Shown here in pieces: positions 14,891 through 23,134 of a DNA stretch of 24,000 nucleotides; position 1 is the stretch's first letter, and every line of letters begins with the position of its first letter. A program made the translations under genes and the position numbers. The notes beneath the pieces are model-generated. The model worked only from the letters and a program-made list of their open reading frames with translations, made no database searches and was not told where the DNA came from. Origin of the DNA: an uncultured Lachnospiraceae bacterium (GTDB lineage Bacteria; Bacillota; Clostridia; Lachnospirales; Lachnospiraceae); NCBI GenBank assembly GCA_946609985.1, contig CAMOCB010000008.1:48739-72738 (forward strand), in the 5' to 3' direction.

Positions 14891-15643
14891 ATGGCTATTC
14901 AACTAAAAAAGGATAATTCAAATGATGATGGGGCAGAGCGCATAACAGAAGAATTCGTTGAGGAGTATTCCAAGTTTAGAGGTGGAATCGGGGACGGAAC
15001 CGTTGATATTGATAAGATAAATGATCTCCCTGCCTATACGGGTCCATCGGTTATACCTGGGGGAAGTACAGGTCTTAATTCAGGAAAGAAGAAGAGAAAT
15101 ATCATTTCCCTTATTATTGTCGGAGCGATTCTGATTGCTGTAGCATTTTTCATTTATAAGGGTGCTATGTATATGACAAGTTCAAGTGGAAAAGATATTA
15201 CTGATAAGCTGACTATGACTGAGGAAGAGCTTTCTAAGGATATGGGGGTAACCTTTGAGGAGAATGCGGACAAGGTAAGGTCTATATATCAGTATTCTAA
15301 TGGTACTGTAACGGTTAAATCAGCCGAAGACCTAAATATTGTTTACATCAATGGTAAACAGGTGGGTATAAATACTACAAGTAGAAAATACAGATTTTAT
15401 GATATAGGTATAAATGATCCTAACCAGACAGTACAGAAAAAAACCTCTTATAAGTATGAGAATTATACTACTGTACTAAGTGATGTGATAGGTGGTAATT
15501 CTGATGTGTATATTTACTATAATACCCAGAATAATGATTGCCTTTTCTTGATAATAAGTAAGAATACTAATAGAGTCGTTAATATGACTTATTATACTGA
15601 TTGCGACAAAGTAATGGAAAATCTTAGCAGGATTGGTGAATAA
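14891..15643 (+). CDS. Hypothetical single-pass membrane protein
   Basis: ATG 14891 lies 8 nt after AAGGAG (14877-14882), which I prefer to the GTG at 14882. The TM helix IISLIIVGAILIAVAFFIY follows KKKRN. The extracytoplasmic part is Asn/Tyr/Thr-rich. No family recognised. Confidence 0.6.
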   Translation: MAIQLKKDNSNDDGAERITEEFVEEYSKFRGGIGDGTVDIDKINDLPAYTGPSVIPGGSTGLNSGKKKRNIISLIIVGAILIAVAFFIYKGAMYMTSSSGKDITDKLTMTEEELSKDMGVTFEENADKVRSIYQYSNGTVTVKSAEDLNIVYINGKQVGINTTSRKYRFYDIGINDPNQTVQKKTSYKYENYTTVLSDVIGGNSDVYIYYNTQNNDCLFLIISKNTNRVVNMTYYTDCDKVMENLSRIGE

Positions 15644-15650
15644 AAAAAGC

Positions 15651-15679
15651 TTGCATTATGTTGACTAATCTGTTAATAT
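15651..15679 (+). promoter_or_regulatory. Extended -10 promoter candidate for rimP-nusA-infB
   Basis: TTGCAT (15651-15656), 17-nt spacer ending in TGt, TAATAT (15674-15679). It has the same architecture as the rpsB candidate. Confidence 0.45.
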
Positions 15680-15706
15680 ACATGAGAACTTAATAAGAAT
15701 TACTAG

Positions 15707-15739
15707 AGTGGGTTCGGGATACCGAATCCACTTTTGTTT
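15707..15739 (+). terminator. Intrinsic terminator-like hairpin with an interrupted U-tract. It is either the terminator of the upstream gene or a leader attenuator of the nusA operon.
   Basis: Stem agtgggttcgg / ccgaatccact (one G-U pair), loop GATA, then TTTGTTT. A second small hairpin ggggc-tcag-gcccc lies at 15747-15760. Confidence 0.6.
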
Positions 15740-15789
15740 ATGCCATGGGGCTCAGGCCCCTGCTTTCCAGATGAAATGGAGGATGAAAA

Positions 15790-16263
15790 TTGAAAAAGGT
15801 TGAAATTGAAGAGAGGACAGAGGCTCTAGTGCTTCCGATAATAGAATCGGCGGGGCTTGAACTATGGGATGTCGAGTATGTAAAGGAAGGCTCCGATTAT
15901 TATCTCCGAGTTTACATCGATAAATCGGGTGGAGTTAATATTGATGATTGTGTCCTAGTTACAAGAGCTCTTAATGAGAAGCTGGACTCGGATGACTTTA
16001 TCGAGGATGCTTACATACTTGAGGTTAGTTCTCCGGGACTTACTCGTAAGCTTAAGAAAGATAAAGAGTTCGATAAGAGCATAGGTAAGCTGATACGAGT
16101 TAAGCTCTATAAGGCTGAAGAGGGTTCCAAGGAACATGTTGGACGACTTAAGAGCTTCGCTCCAGATAAGCTAACTATAGAAGTAGATGGAGATGACATT
16201 TCGCTTAGTCGTGACAACATATCATGTGTCAGACTTGAATATGAAGAAGCAGAAGAACAGTAA
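15790..16263 (+). CDS. rimP: Ribosome maturation factor RimP
   Basis: TTG start 7 nt after GGAGG (15778-15782). LELWDVEYVKEGSDYYLRVYID...DDCVLVTRALNEKLD...YILEVSSPGLTRKLK. Confidence 0.9.
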   Translation: MKKVEIEERTEALVLPIIESAGLELWDVEYVKEGSDYYLRVYIDKSGGVNIDDCVLVTRALNEKLDSDDFIEDAYILEVSSPGLTRKLKKDKEFDKSIGKLIRVKLYKAEEGSKEHVGRLKSFAPDKLTIEVDGDDISLSRDNISCVRLEYEEAEEQ

Positions 16264-16331
16264 CCAGGTATTAATATAATTATTAGTACAATATATAAAT
16301 ATTCACAAAGGAAGATATATTAAAGGAGGAT

Positions 16332-17540
16332 ATGATGACAGATATAATTGCAGCATTAAATATGCTAGAGGAGGAGAAGAATATTAGCAAGGAAATGATG
16401 ATAGATTCTATAGAGAAGGCTATCATTTCTGCTTGCGAGAGAGATTTTGGAAAGGATGCAGTTAAGGTGCATATGGATCCTGAGACAGGAGAAATCACTG
16501 TAACAGCTCCAAAGCAGGTTGTTGATGAGATAAATGATCCTAATACAGATATTCTCATTGATGAGGCAAAGCACATCGACCCTGACTGTGAAATCAATGA
16601 TTTCGTTGAGTGTGAGATCAAGACAATCGATTTTGGTCGTATAGCTGCTCAGAAGGCTAGAGGAATTATTCTTCAGAATATCAAGGAGAATGAGAGAAAG
16701 GCTGTATATGACTACTTCAAAGATAAGGAAAGAACAATTATCACTGGTGTAGTTCAGAGAAAGGTTGGCTACAATCTCAGCGTAAATCTTGATAACAAAA
16801 CAGATACTATTCTGTCATCAAGAGAAATGATTCCAGGAGAGAAGTACAATCCTGGAGATAGAATCAAGCTTTACATCGTTGGTGTAAAGGAAAATGAGAA
16901 GAGTGGTTTCAGAATCATTACTTCCAGAACACATCCTGAATTTGTTAAGAAGCTCTTCGAGAGAGAGGTTGCTGAAATCGCTGATGGCACAGTTGAGATC
17001 ATGAGTATTTCTCGTGAGCCTGGTTCACGTTCTAAGCTTGCTGTTTGGTCAAATGATCCAGACGTTGATGCAGTTGGAGCATGTGTAGGTCTTAACAGTG
17101 TTCGTATCAATAATGTAGTTGATGATCTGGGTGGTGAGAAGATAGACGTTATTGAGTGGGATGAGGATCCAGCAATCTTCATCGAGAATGCACTTCGTCC
17201 ATCACCAGTTATTTCCGTTGATGTTGATGAAGAAGAAGGAATAGCAAGAGTTGTTGTTCCGGATGAGAAGCTGTCCCTTGCAATTGGTAAGGAAGGACAG
17301 AACGCTCGTCTTGCTGCCAGACTTACAGATTACAAGATCGATATCAAGAGTGAGAGTCAGGCTGCTCAGGATGAGTATAATGATGAAGGATATAGTGAAG
17401 AAGAGTATGAAGAGGAAGAAGGTGCATTTACAGAGGAAGAAGTAAATGCAGCTATCGAAGAACTTGAAAATGAAGAGTCAGAAGTTGATGAGGTTACTGA
17501 AGAGTCAGAGGGGACTGAAACAGGAGAAGACGCAGAATAA
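16332..17540 (+). CDS. nusA: Transcription termination/antitermination factor NusA, with an acidic C-terminal tail
   Basis: RBS AAAGGAGG. LEEEKNISKEMMIDSIEKAI; S1 domain GVVQRKV...; KH domains SREPGSRSKLAVWSNDPDVDAVGACVG and LSLAIGKEGQNARLAARLTDYKIDIKS. Confidence 0.96.
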   Translation: MMTDIIAALNMLEEEKNISKEMMIDSIEKAIISACERDFGKDAVKVHMDPETGEITVTAPKQVVDEINDPNTDILIDEAKHIDPDCEINDFVECEIKTIDFGRIAAQKARGIILQNIKENERKAVYDYFKDKERTIITGVVQRKVGYNLSVNLDNKTDTILSSREMIPGEKYNPGDRIKLYIVGVKENEKSGFRIITSRTHPEFVKKLFEREVAEIADGTVEIMSISREPGSRSKLAVWSNDPDVDAVGACVGLNSVRINNVVDDLGGEKIDVIEWDEDPAIFIENALRPSPVISVDVDEEEGIARVVVPDEKLSLAIGKEGQNARLAARLTDYKIDIKSESQAAQDEYNDEGYSEEEYEEEEGAFTEEEVNAAIEELENEESEVDEVTEESEGTETGEDAE

Positions 17541-17561
17541 TTAAACGAAAGAAGTGCGAGT

Positions 17562-18125
17562 GTGAGTACAAAGAAGAAGAATGTAGGGCGTAAGCCTATG
17601 CGTAAATGTGTATGCTGCGAAGCGGAGAAGCCAAAGGGCGATATGATACGTATTGTTCTGTCCGGACGTAACACTTCTGTTGAAGGTGTTGTTAAGGATG
17701 ACACCGGTAAACAGCATGGCAGAGGCGCATATATATGCAGAAATGACAAATGTATAAATAAGGCATTTGCGGATGGTCTCATAGATGAAACGGTGAGAGA
17801 CATTTGCAGGCAAGAGATGGAAAAGGGCAAGCTCCAGATGCTTTCGCTTGTTATGAAGTCAGGCAGACTGTCTGCTGGTGAGTATCAATGTGAGGAATCC
17901 ATTAAAAAGGGTGCCAGCTATTTCGTAATCATTGCAGAGGATGCCTCAGATAACACTCGTAAGAAATTCGTGGACAAATGTGAATATCGGGACATTCCAT
18001 ATAGGGTATTTGGTAAGAAAGAGGAACTCGGACGCCTCATAGGTAAGGCAGAGAGATCGGTAGTCTCGATAGAAGATGAACAGTTTGGAATTCAGTTTAT
18101 TAGACGATTTGGAGGTAATGAATGA
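17562..18125 (+). CDS. In-frame fusion of YlxR/RnpM (DUF448) and the YlxQ-type L7Ae-family RNA-binding protein
   Basis: The N-terminal half reads KPMRKCVCCEAEKPKGDMIRIV...GRGAYICRNDKCINKA (YlxR). The C-terminal half reads KSGRLSAGEYQCEESIKKGASYFVIIAEDASDNTRKKFVDKCEYRDIPYRVFGKKEELGRLIGK (YlxQ/L7Ae). There is no stop between them. The GTG 17562 start is uncertain (alternative ATG 17598). The stop overlaps the infB ATG. Confidence 0.8.
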   Translation: MSTKKKNVGRKPMRKCVCCEAEKPKGDMIRIVLSGRNTSVEGVVKDDTGKQHGRGAYICRNDKCINKAFADGLIDETVRDICRQEMEKGKLQMLSLVMKSGRLSAGEYQCEESIKKGASYFVIIAEDASDNTRKKFVDKCEYRDIPYRVFGKKEELGRLIGKAERSVVSIEDEQFGIQFIRRFGGNE

Positions 18126-20818
18126 AAATATTTAATTATGCAAAGGAATTAACTAAGGAAGCCGGAAGACAGGTTACCGCAAATGATATAATCAGAGTTC
18201 TTAGTAAGAAGAAGGATGGACTCAGAATGACATCTGAAATAGATGAAGAGCTCATGGAGTATGCTAAGATGATGATTACAGGTAAGGTTCCACCAAAGCC
18301 TGTAAAGAAGGCAGAGCCAAAGCCTGCTCCTGCTCATAAAACACCTAGAAAGCCTAGAACAACAGATGGTCCTAGAGCTTACGAAGGTCCTAGAAGAGGT
18401 GAGGGTCCAAAGGCCAGACCTACAGGCAAGAAGGTGGTTAAGCCTGCTGAAGAAGAGAAGAAGGTAGTAAAGCCGGCTACTAAGTCTGCTGAAGCTGAAG
18501 CAGCAAAAGAGGCAGAGGTTAAAGCTGCAGAAGTAAAGGCTGCTGAGACAGAGGTTAAAACAGAAGCTAAGGTAGAAGAGACTAAACCAGCTGAGAAGAA
18601 GCCAGCTACTAAGACTACCAAGGCTAAGGATGAAGAAAAGCCTGTTGCAACTGAGAATAAGGAGCAAAAGGAAACAAAGACTACTAAGCCTGCCAGAGAA
18701 ATCAAGACTCCTAGAGTTTCTAAGGAAGAGAAGGAAGCAAAGGCTGCTAAGACTACAAAGTCGGCAAAGGGAACAAGAACTTCAGATAAGACTTCTGAGG
18801 ATAAGGCTCCATCAACTAGAAGACCTTCACGCCCAGCTAAGATAGAGACTGCCCCAGCACCGGAAGAGAATCAGAAGAGATCATCAGGTAGAAAGGGCGA
18901 CAAGTCTAAGGATAAGGAAAAGGAAGCTCGTAGAGAGAATAAAGAGTCACGTAACAGACGTGAGGAGAAGAGATCTAAGAAGAACGACTTCAGAGACATG
19001 GATGACATGACTCAGGAGAGAAAGAAGAAGCCTAAGAAGCAGGAGAAGAAGGAAGAGGAAACTATCAAGACAGTTACACTTCCTGAGGTAATGACTCTTA
19101 GTGAGTTCGCTGCTAAGATCAAGCAGCCTGTAAATGCTCTTATCAAGAAGCTTTTCCTTGAAGGCAAGATGTATACAGTAAATACAGACCTTACTTACGA
19201 GGAGGCTGAACTGATTGCGCTTGAGTATAATATTATTTGTGAGCAGGAAGTTAAGGTTGATATCGTAGAAGAGGCCCTTAAGGATATAGAAGATCCAGAG
19301 GATTCACTGGTTGAGAGACCTCCAGTTGTCTGTGTTATGGGTCACGTAGATCATGGTAAAACATCACTGCTTGACGCTATTCGTAAGACAAGCGTTACAG
19401 AAGGCGAGGCTGGTGGTATCACACAGCATATCGGTGCTTACACTGTTAAGGTAAATGGCAAGAAGATAACCTTCCTTGATACACCGGGACATGAGGCATT
19501 TACAGCAATGAGGCTTCGTGGAGCTATGGCTACAGATATAGCTATCCTTGTAGTTGCTGCTGATGACGGTGTTATGCCACAGACAGTAGAAGCTATTAAC
19601 CATGCTAAGGCAGCAGGTGTTGAAATAATCGTTGCGGTTAACAAGATAGATAAGCCAAGCGCAAATATTGAGAGAGTTAAGCAGGAGCTTGTAGAGTACG
19701 GCCTTATAGCTGAGGACTGGGGCGGAAGCACAGTCTTTGCACCTGTTTCAGCAAAGAGCCACGAAGGTATCGACAACCTTCTGGAAATGATCCTTCTTAC
19801 AAGTGATATCCTTGAGCTTAAGGCTAATCCAAAGCGTAAGGCTCGTGGTATAGTAATTGAGGCTAAGCTGGATAAGGGACGTGGTGCTGTTGCAACACTT
19901 CTGGTTCAGAAGGGTACTCTTAAGGTAGGAGACTTTATCGCAATCGGTGAGTCTCACGGACGTGTAAGAGCTATGACAGATGATAAGCAGAGAAGTCTGA
20001 AGGAAGCTACTCCTTCTATGCCGGTTGAGGTTATTGGTCTTTCAACCGTACCTAACACTGGTGAGATATTCATTGCTACAGACACTGAGAAGGAAGCAAG
20101 AAATATCAGTGATGCATTTATCACAAGAGGTAAGGAGAACCTTATCGCAGAGACTAAGGCTAAGATGTCACTGGATGATATCTTCAGTCAGATGCAGGAA
20201 GGAACTCTTAAGGAGCTTAACATCATCATCAAGGCTGATGTACAGGGTTCTGTAGAGGCTCTAAAACAGAGTCTTCTCAAGCTTTCAAATGATGAGATCG
20301 TTATTAAATGTATCCATTCCGGAGTTGGTGCAATCAATGAGTCTGACGTTACACTTGCAGGTGCATCAGATGCCATTATCATTGGATTTAATGTTCGTCC
20401 AGAGCCAATGGCAAAGCAGCTGGCTGACTCAGAAAAGGTTGACATAAGACTTTATAAGGTTATTTACAATGCTATCGATGATATCGAATCAGCAATGAAG
20501 GGAATGCTTGATCCTATCTATGAAGAGAAGATTATCGGACACGCTGTAATCCGTCAGACCTTCAAGGCTTCAGGAGTTGGTACTATCGCAGGTACATTTG
20601 TTGAGGATGGAGCAGTAGAGAGAAATGCATCCGCAAGAATTACTAGAGATGGTGAGCAGATCTGGGATGGTAAGATCGCTTCTCTTAAGAGATTCAATGA
20701 TGATGCTAAGGAAGTTAAGGCTGGCTTCGAATGTGGTATCGTTTTCGAAGACTTTAACGATGTTAGAGAAAATGATACAATAGAAGTCTACAAAATGGTT
20801 GAGGTGCCTAGAGACTAA
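18122..20818 (+). CDS. infB: Translation initiation factor IF-2, with a long K/E/P/A-rich N-terminal region
   Basis: RBS GGAGG at 18111-18115. G domain VCVMGHVDHGKTSLLD, DTPGHEAF, NKIDK, and conserved C-terminal domains to ...IEVYKMVEVPRD. Confidence 0.98.
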   Translation: MKIFNYAKELTKEAGRQVTANDIIRVLSKKKDGLRMTSEIDEELMEYAKMMITGKVPPKPVKKAEPKPAPAHKTPRKPRTTDGPRAYEGPRRGEGPKARPTGKKVVKPAEEEKKVVKPATKSAEAEAAKEAEVKAAEVKAAETEVKTEAKVEETKPAEKKPATKTTKAKDEEKPVATENKEQKETKTTKPAREIKTPRVSKEEKEAKAAKTTKSAKGTRTSDKTSEDKAPSTRRPSRPAKIETAPAPEENQKRSSGRKGDKSKDKEKEARRENKESRNRREEKRSKKNDFRDMDDMTQERKKKPKKQEKKEEETIKTVTLPEVMTLSEFAAKIKQPVNALIKKLFLEGKMYTVNTDLTYEEAELIALEYNIICEQEVKVDIVEEALKDIEDPEDSLVERPPVVCVMGHVDHGKTSLLDAIRKTSVTEGEAGGITQHIGAYTVKVNGKKITFLDTPGHEAFTAMRLRGAMATDIAILVVAADDGVMPQTVEAINHAKAAGVEIIVAVNKIDKPSANIERVKQELVEYGLIAEDWGGSTVFAPVSAKSHEGIDNLLEMILLTSDILELKANPKRKARGIVIEAKLDKGRGAVATLLVQKGTLKVGDFIAIGESHGRVRAMTDDKQRSLKEATPSMPVEVIGLSTVPNTGEIFIATDTEKEARNISDAFITRGKENLIAETKAKMSLDDIFSQMQEGTLKELNIIIKADVQGSVEALKQSLLKLSNDEIVIKCIHSGVGAINESDVTLAGASDAIIIGFNVRPEPMAKQLADSEKVDIRLYKVIYNAIDDIESAMKGMLDPIYEEKIIGHAVIRQTFKASGVGTIAGTFVEDGAVERNASARITRDGEQIWDGKIASLKRFNDDAKEVKAGFECGIVFEDFNDVRENDTIEVYKMVEVPRD

Positions 20819-20819
20819 T

Positions 20820-21176
20820 ATGAGAGGTAATAAATCAAGAGGCGCACGCGTTAATAGCGATGTGCAAAGAGTTATAAGTCATATAATAGAATTTGAGCTT
20901 AAGGATCCAAGAGTAAGCTCTCTTGTATCAGTGGTCAAGTGTGACGTCACCAATGACTTAAAGGAGTGCAAATGCTATATATCTGTACTTGGTTCAGAGG
21001 AGGATGGTGAGAATACCCTGAAGGGTCTTGTCAGTGCCAGTGGATTTATCCGCAAGCGTCTGGCAGAGTCACTTAATCTGAGATATACTCCTGTGATTGA
21101 ATTTAAGCTTGATAAATCTATAGAATATGGCGTAATGATGTCTAAGAAGATAGATGACATTATATCTGGAGACTAG
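20820..21176 (+). CDS. rbfA: Ribosome-binding factor A
   Basis: ATG 20820, just after the infB stop, is preferred to the in-frame TTG at 20799. RVNSDVQRVISHIIEFELKDPRV...ASGFIRKRLAESLNLRYTPVIEFKLD. Confidence 0.9.
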   Translation: MRGNKSRGARVNSDVQRVISHIIEFELKDPRVSSLVSVVKCDVTNDLKECKCYISVLGSEEDGENTLKGLVSASGFIRKRLAESLNLRYTPVIEFKLDKSIEYGVMMSKKIDDIISGD

Positions 21177-21197
21177 TGATTCAGAAAGGATTTTTAA

Positions 21198-22172
21198 ATG
21201 GCGGGAGACATTATTAAGAAGTCAAAAAAGTTACATCAAATGATTTCTTCAGCTAATTCAATAGCCATTATAGGTCATAAGCATCCTGACGGGGATTGCA
21301 TAGGATCTAATCTGGCTATGTACAATTATATAATTGATAATTATAAGGATAAGAAGGTTCAGGTATATGACGAGAGCTTTTCAGCAAGCTTCAAATTCCT
21401 TAATGGTTCACGCAAGATAAAGCATGAGCCAAATGATGAGAGATATGATTTGGCTATATCCATAGATGTTTCAGATATGGATAGACTTGGAAAGTTCCTG
21501 GATATCTATAAAGATGCGATTTCCACCGTCTGTATAGATCACCATGTCAGCAATCCAGGCTTTGGCGATCTCTGCTACATTGATGGAGATGCGTCCAGTG
21601 CCTGCGAAGCTATGTGTGACCTGATCGATATGGATAAGGTTAGCGAGAAGACTGCTAATTGTCTGTATCTTGGAATGATACATGATACAGGTGTATTCAA
21701 GTATTCCAGCACTACCAGAAAAACTATGGAGCTCGCCGGACTTCTTCTCGAAAAGGGTGTTAAGGCGGATGTAATAATCGATGACACATTTTATAAGAAG
21801 TCTTATAAGCAGAATATGCTTATGGCTAGAGTTATTCTTGAGTCAAGACTTCACAGCGAAGGTAAGATTATCTCTGGACTCATTACTAAGAGTATGTTTA
21901 AAGAGTTCAAATGTACCACCATGGATACAGATGGAATAGTTGAGCAGCTAAGACTTACAGACGGAGTTGAGGTGGCTATATTCTCATATCAGCTTACTAA
22001 GAAGTCTTATAAGTTCAGTCTTCGTTCTAAGTCTTTAGTGGATGTGAGCGAGATTGCTTGCTCCTTTGGTGGTGGCGGTCATATAAGAGCTGCAGGATTT
22101 GAGACTGAGGAAGATTATGAGGAAACACTTAAAAAGGTTATCGAAATGGTGGAAACTCAGTTGACTAAATAA
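21198..22172 (+). CDS. DHH/DHHA1-family phosphoesterase (NrnA-like oligoribonuclease/pAp phosphatase)
   Basis: HKHPDGDCIGS, DVSD, IDHHVSN (DHH motif), and the DHHA1 motif GGGGHIRAAG. Confidence 0.85.
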   Translation: MAGDIIKKSKKLHQMISSANSIAIIGHKHPDGDCIGSNLAMYNYIIDNYKDKKVQVYDESFSASFKFLNGSRKIKHEPNDERYDLAISIDVSDMDRLGKFLDIYKDAISTVCIDHHVSNPGFGDLCYIDGDASSACEAMCDLIDMDKVSEKTANCLYLGMIHDTGVFKYSSTTRKTMELAGLLLEKGVKADVIIDDTFYKKSYKQNMLMARVILESRLHSEGKIISGLITKSMFKEFKCTTMDTDGIVEQLRLTDGVEVAIFSYQLTKKSYKFSLRSKSLVDVSEIACSFGGGGHIRAAGFETEEDYEETLKKVIEMVETQLTK

Positions 22173-22183
22173 AGGTTTGTCTA

Positions 22184-23134
22184 ATGTTTAATGGAATAGT
22201 AAATGTATATAAAGAGCAGGGCTATACTTCGCATGATGTCGTAGCTAAGCTTCGTGGTATATATGGTCAGAAGAAGGTGGGTCATACTGGTACACTTGAT
22301 CCTATGGCTGAAGGTGTTCTGATAGTTGTTCTTGGACAGGCTACCAAGCTCAGTGACATTATAGTTTCTGGTACTAAAAGGTATATAGCTACCATGAGAC
22401 TTGGTCTCATAACTGAAACAGATGACATTACTGGTGAGATAAAAAAGTCTTATTCAAGAGACGAACTGATGAATAAATTTTCATTCTTATCTGATGAAAT
22501 CAGTATCAGAAATGAGATACACGACGTAATGATGAAATATTTAGGGAAATCTATGCAGGTTCCCCCTATGTATTCTGCTATCAAGGTAAATGGTAAGAAG
22601 CTATATGAATATGCCAGAGAAGGCAAGACTATAGAGCTACTTCCTAGACCAATTGAGATATATAGTTTAGATGTTCTGAGCGTTGATATGGACACACTGG
22701 ATGTAAGATTCGGCGTTGTTTGCTCAAAGGGAACATATATAAGAAGTCTTATACGTGATATCGGAAATGATCTCGGTACTGGCGCCACAATGTCTGCGCT
22801 CCTAAGAGACGAGGTAAATGGTATTCGTTACGAAGATGGTTATAAGATAAGCGATCTTCAAAAGTTAAAGGAGATAGATAGACTTGCTACTTCAGTACTT
22901 CCAATGGATGAGATACTTAAAGATACTCCAGCGGTAAATATTAAACCTTCTGGTGAAAAGTATCTAGATAATGGAAACAGACTGAGGCAGGATGATTTCG
23001 ATATTCAGGGAGAAGCAAGTATTTATACATTAAATGCTTCTCAATTCTTCAGAGTATATTCAGAGGGTAAATTAAGAGCTCTCTATGTATACGATAATGT
23101 AAAAAATGATTATAAGGTATATAAGATGCTATGA
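22184..23134 (+). CDS. truB: tRNA pseudouridine(55) synthase
   Basis: GIVNVYKEQGYTSHDVV, catalytic motif GHTGTLDPMAEGVL, QVPPMYSAIKVNGKKLYEYAREG. Confidence 0.95.
   Translation: MFNGIVNVYKEQGYTSHDVVAKLRGIYGQKKVGHTGTLDPMAEGVLIVVLGQATKLSDIIVSGTKRYIATMRLGLITETDDITGEIKKSYSRDELMNKFSFLSDEISIRNEIHDVMMKYLGKSMQVPPMYSAIKVNGKKLYEYAREGKTIELLPRPIEIYSLDVLSVDMDTLDVRFGVVCSKGTYIRSLIRDIGNDLGTGATMSALLRDEVNGIRYEDGYKISDLQKLKEIDRLATSVLPMDEILKDTPAVNIKPSGEKYLDNGNRLRQDDFDIQGEASIYTLNASQFFRVYSEGKLRALYVYDNVKNDYKVYKML

Noticed and set aside
14990-15003. GGGGACGGAACCGT inside the membrane-protein CDS, which resembles the REP core
   Set aside because: It lacks the TGCAAA/TTTGCA arms, is in-frame coding sequence (GIGDGTVD), and is a short match. 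The same applies to core-like hits in comM (around 4433) and topA (around 8583). These are probably chance.
17366-17830. Antisense ORFs 17366-17830(-) and 17541-17813(-) across the nusA 3' end and ylxR
   Set aside because: They overlap two conserved + strand genes. One is the Ser-rich mirror of the acidic NusA tail. There are no start signals.
18149-18845. ORFs 18149-18667(-), 18379-18705(-) and 18630-18845(+) inside the infB N-terminal region
   Set aside because: They arise from the biased K/E/P/A coding region of IF-2. They are low-complexity translations with no independent signals.
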